Shown here piece after piece: positions 1 to 11,964 of a stretch of DNA of 64,000 bases. The DNA lies in the NCBI GenBank assembly GCA_030390025.1, contig CM059432.1, positions 150,166,001-150,230,000 of the forward strand, in the 5' to 3' direction. Each line of letters begins with the position of its first letter. Position 1 is the stretch's first letter. The DNA comes from Squalus acanthias (taxonomy: Eukaryota). The position numbers were made by a program, and so were the translations under genes. The notes beneath the pieces are model-generated. The model had not been told where the DNA came from. It made no database searches and saw nothing but the letters and a program-made list of their open reading frames with translations.

Positions 1-129
1 TTGTGCCTGCAGCTCACCAACCTTATTAACCACACTCTGTGCATTTACACACATGCATTCCAAACCTAACTTAGACCACTTTGTATTTTCTATGATCCCG
101 GCTAATTCTGTATTATTTCTAACTCTAAC

Positions 130-1850
130 TGTCTCTCCCAGTCCTCTGTGCACCTTGTTTCTACTTTTTAATACTACATCCTGGTGCCCAACTCCCTGGT
201 GAATTAGTTTAAACCCTTCCCCACGGCACTAGTTAACCGGCCTGCAAGGATATCGGTCCCAGCTCTGTTCAGCTGCAACCCGTCCATCTTGAACATACGA
301 CCATACATACAAACATATGAATTAGGAGCAGGAGTCGGCCACTCGGCCCCTCGAGCCTGCTCCGCCATTCAATAAGATCATGGCTGATCCGATTACTTCA
401 CATTCCCGCCTACCCCCGATAACCTTTCACCCCCTTGCTTATCAAGAATCGATCTACCTCTGCCTTAAAAATATTCAAAGACTCTGCTTCCACCGCCCTC
501 TGAGGAAGAGAGTTCCAAAGACTCACGACCCTCTGTGAGAAAAAATTTCTCCTCATCTCTGTCTTAAATGGGCGACCTCTTATTTTTAAACAGTGACCCC
601 CTAGTTCTAGATTCTCCCACAAGAAGAAACATCCTCTCCACATCCACCCTGTCAAGACCCCTCAGGATCTTATGGGGGAGAAATTCAGTATCGCCCCATT
701 TGGGGCGCAATTATCGGCCGGGCGCAAAGATTAGCGCCTGGCGCTAATTATCGCCACCGACTGCAAACTTGACTTTTATCGCCCCTGGAGGTGATTGGAG
801 CGCTAAATCAGGCGCTTCACACCTGTCTTAAGGCGCAAAGGCCGAGGAGCGAGGCGCTACCTCAGAGCGCTGGCGAAGCTCATGTAATGTCAGTCAGCAA
901 TGGAACACACACACAATGGCACAGGCCAGTTCTTAAAGGGGATGGTTAATCTTGCTTTCCATCCACATCCTGCTCATTGCATCCTTGAATCTCTGCCTGG
1001 AGAGACCTGCACATCAAATCTGCTGGAAAGAACAATGGAGAGTACCAGGCAAAGAGCTCAGAGTGCAGGACCAAAGTCTCTTCTAAATCGATACAAGGAA
1101 TGGCAAATCAAAATGAACCTGCAAAGTCCTGCTCAGTACCCCAAACTCCTTCACACAGCATTGAATCTCTCCAGAAGTCTCTCCCTCTCTCTCTCAGAAT
1201 GCGTAGTTCAAAAATGGCACCAACAATAAAAGGCAGGAAGCGGTCACCTTTAAATAGCACTCCCGCTTTCCCTTCATGACTGCTGAACGCTCCCCTCAAC
1301 CTGTCGTTGCTTGCGTCAGGCGGTAAGGCAGGGGGCGCCACTCAATATCTGCTCCGGGGCGATACCGGGGCGTTGCGCACTCGACTGACGTCACAATCTG
1401 CCGGCGCAGGAGATCGTGGTGGTAGTGTTTAGCGCCGCTGCAAAATGTCTAGTTAATTTCGCGAGCGGCGCAAACATGGCCGCGCCTGGGCGCCAGATGA
1501 TTTGCGCCCCATTAGCGCCCTCTTAAGGCGCTAACGGGAGGCGCAACCAACTGAATTTTTCCCCCTATATGTTTCAATCAAGTCTCCTCTTACTCTTCTA
1601 AACTCCAACGGATACAAGCCTAGCCTGTCCAACCTTTCCTCATGAACAGGTCCCTCCAGCCACAGAACTGGTCCCAATGTCGCAGGAATCTGAAGCCCTC
1701 CCTCCTGCACCATGTCTCTACCCACGCATTAACCTGCCGTGTCTTCCTATTTCTACCCTCACTCGCGTGTGGCACTGGGAGTAATCCAGAGATTACTACC
1801 TTTGAGATCCTGCTTTCTAAATTCCTCCCTCGTTCCTTAAACTCTGACTG
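130..1850 (-). mobile_element. Nested CR1 fragments: ORF1-end fragment (~130-295 and ~1643-1850) interrupted by a CR1 3' fragment (~296-1642)
   Basis: ORFs 410-655 (RPFKTEMRRNFFSQRVVSLWNSLP) and 1531-1725 (LGLYPLEFRRVRGDLIETY) are the CR1 ORF2 C-terminus. tgaaca is repeated on both sides of the inner insert. Confidence 0.8.
674..1565. mobile_element. Harbinger-type MITE inserted in CR1
   Basis: TIRs gggggagaaattcagt / actgaatttttccccc; 3-bp TSD TAT (671-673, 1566-1568). Removing it restores CR1 aggatcttatatgtttc. Confidence 0.9.
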
Positions 1851-2991
1851 CAGTGTTTTGATAGGTTTACTCTGTGATCACTCTACTCACCTGCTTGTGT
1901 TGCTCAGATTTGTCAGTACAGTAGATTGATGGGAACTTTAAGCACACTCTGTCTCAATTTGCCAATCTTCTCACAAGACCATCCTTCGGAGAGTCCTTGA
2001 AATGTTACCTCGTCCCAAAGTTCTATAAGTGGTGTTTAGGTATCTAAAGATAATTGTTAACAAAGTCAATAACTAGCTTTTTCTTTTCTTTTTCTCTATT
2101 ATAAGCTGGAATGTTCCGCATCCTCTTAATTGGTAAGTTAGAGAAAAATTAAGCGATTTATGAAGGACAGCCAAAGGATTATTGTTTGTGAGAGTGGTGC
2201 TCAAATAAATGCTTGGTGGGTATAGATGTCTGTGTGATCATAACTAAATATGGAAAGATCCATAACCTAGGTTACATAAAACCTGATACATTCAGTCCAC
2301 AGGGAGTGCAGAGCAGGAAGGCTAAATGCCTTGAGGCTGAAATCTCCACTGGCACTTCTGTAATAAGGTTACTATTTTATAAGCTGTACAGTGTCATGAT
2401 CGTCTATCATGCTGATCATATTCTTTCTTTTTCAATGTTCTGAATAGAATTTGCAACTTTACAATTATAAAAAAATGTCCAAATTTCATAAAAAGATTCT
2501 TTAACTGGGGATGATATGACAGACTGTTTGTTCACCCTCGGACCTGGATTTGAATTCAGGCCAGATTGCTGGAATGAAAACATTTATTTTGTACGGATCT
2601 TGAACGAAATGAGCTTCAAAGGTCCCAGGACAGGTTCGACTGAATTCACAACATAAAACTGCTCTTAACTTGCTGCTAAATTGGTACCAGGTCAGCATTG
2701 CCAACACTTGCAGTTTTTCAAAGGGTGTCATAACACAGCGACCAAATGGGAGTCTCTTGTTATGATTTGGACTCTCATCAGATGCTCCTTTTCATGCCCA
2801 TCATAAAGGGCCAATTCCACAAGCATAACCAATGTCACCTGTGGACTGAAATATGACCATAGGCACACAGTGATCTGGAAGGCAGCTTATTAATCCCTTA
2901 TACAAAAGCAAAATACTGCAGATGCTGGAAATCTGAAATAAAAACAGGAAATGCTCAGCAGGTCAGGCAGCATCTGTGGAGAGAGAAACAG

Positions 2992-3028
2992 AGTTAACGT
3001 TTCAGGTCGATGAACTTTCGTCAGAACT
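2992..3028 (-). ncRNA. Minimal type I hammerhead ribozyme motif (stem II imperfect)
   Basis: Minus strand agtt CTGACGA aagttcatcgacct GAAA cg TT aact: stem I agtt/aact, core CUGAnGA...GAAA, palindromic AACGUU stem III. Confidence 0.55.
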
Positions 3029-3049
3029 GGAAAAAGTTAGAGATATAAC

Positions 3050-5445
3050 GGGGGGAAAATTTGGTTGCTTTGCGTCTCCCGTTAGCACCACGAGGGGGCA
3101 CTAACGGGACGCAAAGCAACTAGCGCCTGGGCGCGGCGCTGCTAATGCCTCCTGCGAAATTCAGCGGGAGGTTAGCGGCGGTGGAAGGCATTAGCACCCC
3201 ACGGCGCTGCACCTCTGGCGATGACGTCATCGCTGTGCGCAGCGCCCCGCGTGCACCCTGGCTACAAACTTGGCTCGCGCCCCCTGACCTATCACCAGAC
3301 GCTATGTCCGACAGGGTCAGGGGGGCGTTTCAGCGGCCGGGGCAGCGCAGATTAAAGGGCAGGTGCCGGGCGGCCATTTTTTTGGGGGGCTGTCTGCCAG
3401 CACCTGCCCTCTCTGGCCTCCTCCTGCAGGGTGCCGGCCGCGATCAGTCAGCCCGGCAGTCCTCTTGAGCGCCGGGCTCTTTTGCCGGCACCCCGCTCCC
3501 CGGTGGGCCAGCAGAGCCCCAGTGCGCGCTGCGCTAGGCCCCTCCCCTTTAATCAGGGGAGGGAGGCCTGCAGTACCGCGGCGCTACGTGACGATGCGCA
3601 CGGCTCTGCTGCACGTAGCGCCGCGATATTGAACTGGAGCGCCCCAAGAGGGAGGGGGAGCGCTTCCAGTAGCGCCCCGCCTCCTGCTTAGGGCGCTACC
3701 ATTGAATTTCGGGCACAGGGTGTGAAGGAATAGCCAGGATTCAGAAAAATATACGATACTAAAAACAGATTTCTGAAATTATTAATAAATGACATACTGG
3801 GTTTAAAAGACATAAGCCTTAGCAGACACAGGCTGCAGGCACAATACAGGCTTATGAGATAAGATGGTTTGTTAACACAAAGCTGTGAACACAAGCTTTG
3901 ATATGGGAATGGGATATTGACAAAGACAATGCCCTATTGAAGCAAACCATTGGGAGGTTCCTCTATGTCTAGAGTTTTGGAGGAAAACAATGGAATGACC
4001 CAAGTAAAGTGTTATTATCTAACACGTCGAACAGGTGCACAGAACATTAAAAAAAACAAGTGCCTTTGAAGAAATGACATCAAGTAAGAAATACCTGTCG
4101 TAAAATAGTTTTATGTTAAACTTAGAAACAGGAAACATGATTAAATATGCAACCAATTGAGATAGCTAGAAAACAAGTAAACACTGAGTTAAAGTGTTTT
4201 CAATTTACATATTGTAAATATGATACCTACAGAAGGCTTTGAAGATATGACATCAAGTAAAAGAAACGCCTGCTGAACAAATAGTTTTAATGTTAAGCTT
4301 GAAAGATGGAGACCCGAGGTCTGATAAAAACCAATTGAAGTAAATTAGAAATGCATGAAGATACTAGAGAAGTGTTTTTAATTTACAAGTTGTAAAAGGT
4401 ACACAAACAAAATGACTTTGAAAATATTACTTCAATGGATACACCAAGCAATTACATTGCTCTTGTATTGAACTTGGAATACCACAGATTCACAATGTCT
4501 GAGAATAACCAGTTAAAGTAGTACTAGAAATTCAATAGAAAGACTTCGATAAGAATTGCATCAAACAGAAACCATTGCTGTCATTGTGTTTATGATGGTT
4601 TTTGAAACATCTAAGGTAGAAACATAATTATGCATGCAATGGCTAAATTGACAGTAAAGACAGAAAGCATTCAACAGAGATATCAATAAAGAATAGAACA
4701 AAGTCAGCAAAGAATGACTTGATACAATTAAGCTTACATCAGCACGAATATTTCAAAGGATAAGCCACCTAAGAAAAGATATAAAAATGAGAGCTTTTCA
4801 GATGGAAAGTCAGAAGTCGCTGGGAAGACAAGCGTTTCTCAACTTTACAGACATTCTCTGTAAGTTTACAACTTTTGAGTCTCAGGTAATCAAGGTATTT
4901 GATTTTGGTGGATATTCTGGATTAAGAAATAAGTAGAAGTATGGAAATGTAACGAAGTTAAGATTTGAGAATAAGGATCTCTGAGAATAAGAAATGTAAG
5001 CTATTTGTATTTTGAACGATTAAAGTTGCGATTGCCATAATAAATGTTATCTAAATGTCGGTTCGTTAATAAATCTATATATTGTTAGAATAATCTCAAA
5101 GAGTATTTCTGTATCATCTTGCGAACTCAATTTCTGTACACTCAAAGGAGTTGCAGAATTCTGGGGGGTATTCCGGACCCTCATAATATCCAGAAGATTA
5201 CAGTCTAGTTAAACTTATTAAAAGTACTATCTGGAGGACGGTAACATCTTTAGACCGTTTCTTTCCTTTAGGGAGAGGTAGTCTGACATTTAGACCCAAT
5301 TAAGCGTCTTATAGGATCTGGCTACCGCAAACTTTAGTTGAAGGTAAATGTCTGGGGAATACGCCTGATCTGGGGTAGTCCGAAAGGTCTAGGACTTGTA
5401 ATTATCCCTTCAGGGGGCGCTAACTTTTTTGGGGTGCTAAAAGTA
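3050..5445. mobile_element. Harbinger-type MITE interrupted by a solo LTR; right TIR lost
   Basis: Left TIR gggggaaaatttggttg and GGCGCTA-rich subterminal sequence similar to 674-1565 and 50926-51715; resumes at 5413 (gggggcgctaac). Confidence 0.7.
3723..5412 (+). mobile_element. Long solo LTR (~1.69 kb)
   Basis: Termini TGAAGGAATA...TATCCCTTCA (10-bp inverted repeat, 1 mismatch); flanks gggtg/ggggg (imperfect TSD). Three ~175-bp degenerate repeats at 4060-4560, TATAAAA at 4780, AATAAA at 5039 and 5068. Confidence 0.75.
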
Positions 5446-5538
5446 GGTTTTAGGCAAGTGCAGAGGCAGGGAAAGGGGGGAGGGGAGTAAAAAACAAAAG
5501 GGAAGGTCTGTGCTAGGGTGGAAGGCAGGAGAGATTAA

Positions 5539-6359
5539 GGGCTGGATTTTATCAATGGGGGCGCGTTGGAGGCGGGACTGCTGGTTGTCGGGTTTTAGTC
5601 CCGCCCCCAATGATGTCCAGCCAACCCACGCTATTGTCCCTTGATTGACCTTGTTAAGCCCGCCCAGCGGGCTGAGCAGGCCAATTAAGGGAAAGCCGGT
5701 GACAGAGGACATTTCATCTCTCAAAAATGTTTGACAGATGAATTGTCATCGTTTGACAGCTTTGAGAAGCTGTCATACACTGACATTCTCTGTTCTTTGG
5801 TGAGTCCTTGTACTCAAGACTCACCAAACCTCTTTCCTGTGCAGAAATCAGATGGCTGTTGCATCGGAGAATGTAGCAGCCATTCTGTCATCTCTGCCGT
5901 GGAGATGCGGCACCTCCGGATCCCCAACGGTTGAAGCCTGCAGGAAGAAACAAAGGGAAGGAAACTTTTTCTGACACTTTTCACTCACCTCTCATACTTA
6001 CCGCTCCACAATTGCACCCATCACTCACCTCTACAGTGCACTTTTCGAACCCTCCAACCCCCACAGACCCACTGCTCGCCTCGCTGACCCTGGCGGGGTT
6101 TCCCAACGTTGGGAAGCCGCACTTGTGTTGGAAAAATGGGGATACGCCTCCTAACTGCCTGTTAACTACCTGTTAAGTGGCTGTAATCCCCTTCCCGCCT
6201 CGAGGAGACGGGTCCCTGCACGACTCGGGGACCCGCCTCCCGGGAAGATGGCACGGAGGCGGGTTGGGGGCCGGATGGGTACCCACTCCCGGTTTCTGCC
6301 ATTTTCCCGGCAGTCCCGCTTCCAAACCCGCCTCCCCAGGGCTGGCAAAATTCCCCCCC
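5539..6359. mobile_element. Harbinger-type MITE
   Basis: TIRs gggctggatttt / aaaattccccccc; TSD TAA (5536-5538, 6360-6362). Confidence 0.8.
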
Positions 6360-6810
6360 TAAATGACATAAGATATGATTGCACAAAGCAAAAGCAGATG
6401 GTGATGGAACAGGTAAAGAAACAAAAGATGGGTCTAGAAGAGGTGTGAATGGGAATAGCAGAATCAGCAACAGCTGCCATCTGAAAAAATGGGGGCAGAG
6501 GTCATGATCTGAAAATGTTGAACTCGATGTTGAGCCCAGAAGGCCGTAACGTGACTAACTGAAAGATGAGGTGCTATTCCTCGAGTTTACATATGTTGCC
6601 AATCAGTTCACTGGAAATAACACAAGATGCCTCATATTTCCGACTCTGACAGACCATGTATCTCGGGCTGTAAACTATTCATCAGCTTTACCAAGAAGTG
6701 AAAAACACATCAGATTTCACCAGATTATAAAACTTTACTTAAAATTATATTCAATTAACATTTGTTAAGCAATCTATCTAGACAGAGATGACTCACCTAT
6801 AGAATCATAA

Positions 6811-8089
6811 GGAGAGAAATTTGATAGTTTAGCGCCTCGAGTTAGCGCCGAGTGGGGGCGCTACCGGGGCGCTGAGGCAGTAGCACCGCAGCGAGGCAAA
6901 TCCGGCGACGCACGCCAAATCCGGCACCCCTGTAACGCCGCCGCTACGAGTTAGCGCCGGGGACTTCAGCGTCAGGCAGATCGTGACGTCAATGAGCTGG
7001 ACGCCCAATAATTGATTATCGCCCCTTGCCTTAGCGCCTCACCCCGACAGCGACAGGGAGCGGAGGCGTGAAACAGCCCGACGCCGGCTCCAGGGGCGCT
7101 ACTTATAGTGCTGGTTCAATGCTTCCTTGTCAGTTTGACATTGTGCAACAGTTTAATTCAGTCATTTAAAGGTTGTTTAGTCTCCGGAGTACTAAATTAG
7201 TACATTTATTCTCACAACATATCAAAGTGCTACACTTGGTAACATTAATGGGGGCTTCACTGGCAATCGACCTCACCCTCCAGGATCTACTGCGGAGAGA
7301 GCGGAGGCAGCGAGAAATACGGGAACATGTGGCCAGAGGGAGGAGGAGGGCCATCAGGGCTCTCAACAGGAGGCCTTACCCTCCGAGGGTATTCCGACAG
7401 CACTTCTCCTACCTTCAATTAAGCCAGGAGCAGTGTATTAGAAGGCTTTGCTTCACCAAGGAAGTGGTCACAGAACTCTGGCACCTCCTGCAACCAGACC
7501 TGCAGCCTCAGGGTGACTACGGCTCTCCCAGTGGCAGTCAAGGTCACTGTCGCCCTCAATTTCTTTGCCAGCGGATCCTTCCAGTCTGCAACAGGAGACA
7601 TAGCTAACATCTCGCAGTTCGTCATTCATCGCTGCATCCGGGAAGTCACAGAGGCTCTCTACAGTAGGAGAAGGGACTACATTTCATTCCCCATCACCAG
7701 AGAGAAGCAGGACGAGCGTGCATTAGGCTTTGCCAGGATAGCGGGCTTCCCCATGGTGCAGGGCGCCACTGACTGCACCAACGTGGCTTTGCGGGCACCG
7801 CATAACAATCCTGAGATCTTCCATAACCGTGAAGGTTACCACTCACTTAATCTCCAGTTGATGTGCAACCACACACAGCGAATCCTCACCTTCAATGCCC
7901 GCTATCCTGGCAGCAGCCATGATGCCTTCATCCTGCGCCAGACCGGTGTGCCAGCACTCTTCCAGCCACCACATCAAGCTCGCGGCTGGCTGGTAGGAGA
8001 CAAGGGCTATCCGCTCTCCACCTGGCTCATGACTCCCCTCCACAACCCCACTCATATAATGAGAGCCATGCCACCACCAGGAACATAAT
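6811..8089 (+). mobile_element. Left half of a Harbinger transposon with frameshifted HARBI1-like DDE transposase (~7248-8088)
   Basis: TIR ggagagaaatttg. ORFs contain VALNFFASGSFQ, GFPMVQGATDCT, YPGSSHDAFIL and LVGDKGYPL, typical of Harbinger transposases. Truncated at an L2 junction. Confidence 0.9.
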
Positions 8090-9205
8090 TGTAACCAGAG
8101 AATCACCTGCAATGGCTTCTCTTCCCACTCCCACATTGTTACCTCTGGTGTCCCCCAGGGATCTATCCTTGGCCCCCTCCTATTTCTCATCTACATGTTG
8201 CCCCTTGGTGACATCATCCGAAAACACAGCATCAGTTTCCACATGTACGCTGACGACACCCAGCTCTACCTCACTGCCTCTTCTCTCGACCCCTCCACGG
8301 TGCCTAAATTGTCAGACTGCTTGTCCGACATACAGTTCTGGATGAGCAAAAATGTTCTCCAATTAAATATTGGAAAAACCGAAGCCATTGTTTTCGGTTC
8401 CCGCCACAAACTCCGTTCCCTTGCCACCGACTCCATCCCTCTCCCCAACATCTGTCTGAGGCTGAACCACACTGTTCGCAACCTTGGTGTCATATTTGAC
8501 CCTGAAATGAGCTTCCGACCACATATCCACAGCATAACAAAGACCGCCTACTTCCACCTCCATAACATCGCCCATCTCCGCTCCTGCCTCAGCTCATCCG
8601 CTGCTGAAACCCTCATCCATGCCTTTGTTACCTCTAGACTTGACTATTCCAACGCACTTCTGGCTGGCCTCCCACATTCCACCCTACGTAACTTTGAGGT
8701 CATCCAAAACTCGGCTGCCCCGTGTCCTAACTCGCACCAAGTCCCGTTCGCCCATCACCCCTGTGCTCGCTGACCTACATTGGCTCCCGGTTAAGCAGCG
8801 CCTCGATTTCAAAATTCTCATCCTTGTTTTCAAATCCCCCCATGGCCTCGCCCCTCCCTATCTCTGTAATCTCCTTCAGCCCCACAAACCCCTGAGATAT
8901 CTGCGCTCCTCTAATTCTGCCCTCTTGAGCATCCCTGATTATAATCGCTCCGCCATTGGTGGCCGTGCCTTCTGTTGCCTCGGCCCTAAGCTCTGGAATT
9001 CCCTGCCTAAACCTCTCCGCCTCGCTACCTCTCTTTCCTCCTTTAAGACGCTCCTTAAAATCTACCTCTTTGACCAAGCTTTTGGTCACCTGCCCTAATT
9101 TATCCTTATGTGGATCGGTGTCAAATTTTTTTTGTCTTAAAATACTCCTGTGAAGCGCCTTGGGACGTTTTACTATGTTAAAGGCGCTATATAAATACAA
9201 GTTGT
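8090..9205 (+). mobile_element. L2-clade LINE, 3' part of RT and tail
   Basis: GVPQGSILGP / FHMYADDTQLY / SRLDYSNALL / LHWLPV motifs; tail ...aaggcgctatataaatacaagttg. Confidence 0.9.
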
Positions 9206-10619
9206 CCTTCATCTCACACACCTTGCCCTTTGGTTTGTTAATTGTCCCTATGTTTCTTTTATCGAGCTGTCTTTTTTCAAACACCAAAGTTAGTTTCCTT
9301 GAAACCCTTTCCTCAGTGTTATTTGCATCTGTGGGATCAAAGTCAGACATGACAGACTGTAAATACGGCAGACTATGAGCTATCAGAACCCGGAGCCAGT
9401 GATTTCTGGGTTGTCCCAGTAAATCAGCTCGCACTCCTACTCCCCCACCAGTTGCTTCCATATATGTGGGCCATAGTCTGTCGGCAAACACTGTGGGTGG
9501 TTCATTGGGCCCCTGTTCTATCTCTGCCATAGCCTTGAAGGGATCCCCTGTTCCTACCCCCATCGCCTGAGCAACCCTTAATTTTAAATTCTCATACGTC
9601 CCATTTCCAATCTTCATGTCAGGTGGAGGCTGCTAAACACTTCAGGACTAAGAGTAAATAATAATAACTTCTTCTTTTCATCCTCCTCCATTTCACTTAC
9701 AGCTGCTCTTTGTTCAACTGCAATGAAATGTCCTTGGGGTTCACCTCCCATTTCTAACTTTTTAATGTCAGTCGCCATGTCTTTCAAACTCCTATAATCA
9801 TAATTAACAAAGAATTCCCTGTCCAAGTCACCCCTCTCTCCCGGTCGGGCGTCCGCTCCTGGGGCGAGATACCTCCGTTGACGTATGGGGTTCATTGGGG
9901 AAGGCGCAGTAGGAGGTGGTTTAATCTTTTTCCCGGGTCCTAACTCACCTTCTTCTTCAACCTCCTCCCACTCACTGTCTGATGATGACCACCCAAATAC
10001 AGGCTGTTCCCCCGGGGTTATAGCACACACAATTCCCCTTTGGACCTGTAGTTTTTCTTCTAACACTTTAACCTTCCTTTTGCATTCCACATGGTCCTAC
10101 TGCCCAACCTGATTCTGCACCACCCGAATGGCAGCTTTCAAATCCTCATTATCCTTCTCTGCTTTTTCTGCCCGTTGTTGTTGGCTACTAGCTTCCTCTT
10201 TCCAAACCTTACTCTCGTTCCCTTGATTCACACTCTGACTTTCCAAATATTGCTCTTTATTACACCATCTCGCTTTCTCCTTCTCAAACTCCTCTTTATC
10301 TTTCTTACGACCTTCTCATTCTTCCGCTAATTCTTTAAGAAGCCGGTTTACCACCGCTTCTCTATCACTGGCTTTTCCTGCCATATCCTCTATTTCCCTT
10401 CGTGATGTAATCTTTTCACGCTCATCATTTTTAACCTGCCTTCGATAGGCGAACAGCCAGATGGCTTTCATTATCCGTTGCCAACGTGGGGACCCTTGTG
10501 TCCATTGTTCGGCCTCAGAAACCAGATCATCACTGTCAATAATAACCCGTGTCCCACCTCTCCTGGAGAGGTAACTTCCCCGCAACATACATTGTCTTAG
10601 CGGTTTTTCCACCCATATT
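9206..10619 (-). pseudogene. Disrupted retroviral-like gag
   Basis: Consecutive minus ORFs (10612-10316, 10090-9614, 9617-~9206) give a charged coiled-coil region, a PPPTAP motif and an MHR-like QGPNEPPTVFADRL. Lies directly downstream of a PBS; has in-frame stops and a frameshift. Confidence 0.75.
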
Positions 10620-10645
10620 AATGGTCTGTAAATTTCTCGCTCAAT

Positions 10646-10663
10646 GTCCCTTCGTGGTCACCA
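10646..10663 (-). promoter_or_regulatory. Primer-binding site, tRNA-Arg(TCG)-like
   Basis: TGGTGACCACGAAGGGAC lies 4 nt after an LTR-like end (...TCTTACA, 10668) and is complementary to the recalled tRNA-Arg 3' end GTCCCTTCGTGGTC(G/A)CCA. Confidence 0.8.
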
Positions 10664-10667
10664 AACC

Positions 10668-11286
10668 TGTAAGACGTGTGGAATTACCCCTCGCCCCGTC
10701 CAACAGGTTATAGAGTTCGGACTTGAGACTTATGAGAAATTACACCAGACACATGGCATGTCATACATACAACCACCCGCCGATGATCGGTCCAGCATTG
10801 ATTGTAGGTCCTCGTAAGCGAAAAGACTGGCCACTCCCCTCCTTCTAACTGCAGTCTGATCCTCGTAGGTGAAATGACTGGCCAAACTGCAGTGCCGATA
10901 TTCTTTAGCCACGGTGTTTATACAGCTTTCCTTGCCTTTTGCAGTAAAACAATCGTTCAGAGATAGTGAAATGTTCCTTTAATGTTGGTCTGAGCTGTTT
11001 GAGCTGTCAAACGTTCACATTAACTCATCCTGTGTCGCTATCCATTAGTTGTCTTTATCACAGCCCAAAATTGTTCATTCACTCCTAAAGTTTATAAAAG
11101 TGGCAGAAAACCATTTGGTTACGGTTCATGAGTTACATCGTATTCGGCATTTCAAAACTTCAGAGGTTTGACTTCTCCCCTTTAACCTCCGAAAAGTCAT
11201 CAGAGACACCATGTCTGCAAAACTAAGGGGGTTTGTTTATTTCTATTGTCCACCAAAGCAAATTCCATGTCACCTTACCAGTGACA
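10668..11286 (-). mobile_element. 5' LTR of the gag-bearing element (outer boundary uncertain)
   Basis: Ends in CA next to the PBS; TATA-like gtataaac at about 10920; candidate TG start (TGTCAC) at 11286. Confidence 0.55.
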
Positions 11287-11389
11287 ACTCTATATTTCAC
11301 TTTGAAAAAAACCTTTTGGCCTGGCAAAGCATTTCAATATATATCGAAATTAAAAATTAAGAATTAAGGGTCTGTGTATGCCTACACAG

Positions 11390-11937
11390 TAGCAAAGCAA
11401 ATCAAATGTCTAAGTCAGATATCCAGGCCAAAGCTTCCGGTGTAACAGCGTGGATATCTTGTAGGCTGCCTGTGAATTTCCTCTGAGGGCAGTGCACAAT
11501 GATGGGCTCCAGGGTCTGATCAGGAGCTCCACACTCGCATGATGGGGATGCTTTAATCTTCCATCTATGGAGAAGGTGGCAGCATCGACCATGACCGGTT
11601 CTGAGACGGTTGCTGGTTGTCCACTGTTTGCGAGGAAGGTTTGATCCTTCAGGTTGTACTGTGGGGTCCTCGATAAGGAATCCATTCCGTATGTCACAGT
11701 TCCTCCAAGCATTTCGCCATCGGTCATCAAGGCTGAGGGAGATCGCTGAAGGGCTTCGGCGACGGTCCAGAATGGCCTTCGAGATTTGAGACGGGTTGAT
11801 AGTAGGTTGTTCAAGTCGGCCTGGATCGGCATGTCTTTGCTGGTGTAGTGTTTGTATTCTCCGGGGACTGCATATTCGCGGTGTAGGTGTGGTGGTGCGA
11901 TGTTTGCAAACATGGGCAGCCAAGGGGTTGGTGTCAA
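11390..11937 (-). mobile_element. Vingi/Ingi-like LINE 3' end
   Basis: TPTPWLPMFANIAPPHLHRE and NRLRTGHGRC...W...SPSCECGAPDQTLEPIIVHCP (CCHC knuckle) followed by a stop, in two frameshifted ORFs. Confidence 0.7.
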
Positions 11938-11964
11938 TAAAAATGTAGCGGCGATAATTCTACG

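Larger units (their letters stand above)
2904..6590 (-). mobile_element. Penelope-like element remnant (family 1 terminal repeat) split by two MITEs and an LTR
   Basis: agcaaaatactgcagatgctggaaatctgaaataaaaacag... repeat recurs at 44826, 54345 and 57590. It carries a hammerhead-like core and continues at 5445-5538 and 6360-6590. Confidence 0.6.

Noticed and set aside
3145..3691. GC-rich ORFs or CpG-island promoter
   Set aside because: Interior of a Harbinger-type MITE; ORFs reflect low stop-codon frequency.
7173..8088. Domesticated HARBI1 host gene
   Set aside because: Frameshifted, truncated, TIR-flanked and multi-copy in the window; these are transposon copies. The same applies to the NAIF1/MSANTD-like Myb ORFs.
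8775..9617. 280-aa ORF as a single novel protein
   Set aside because: Chimeric: gag C-terminal part (9617-~9206) reading through into antisense L2 sequence.
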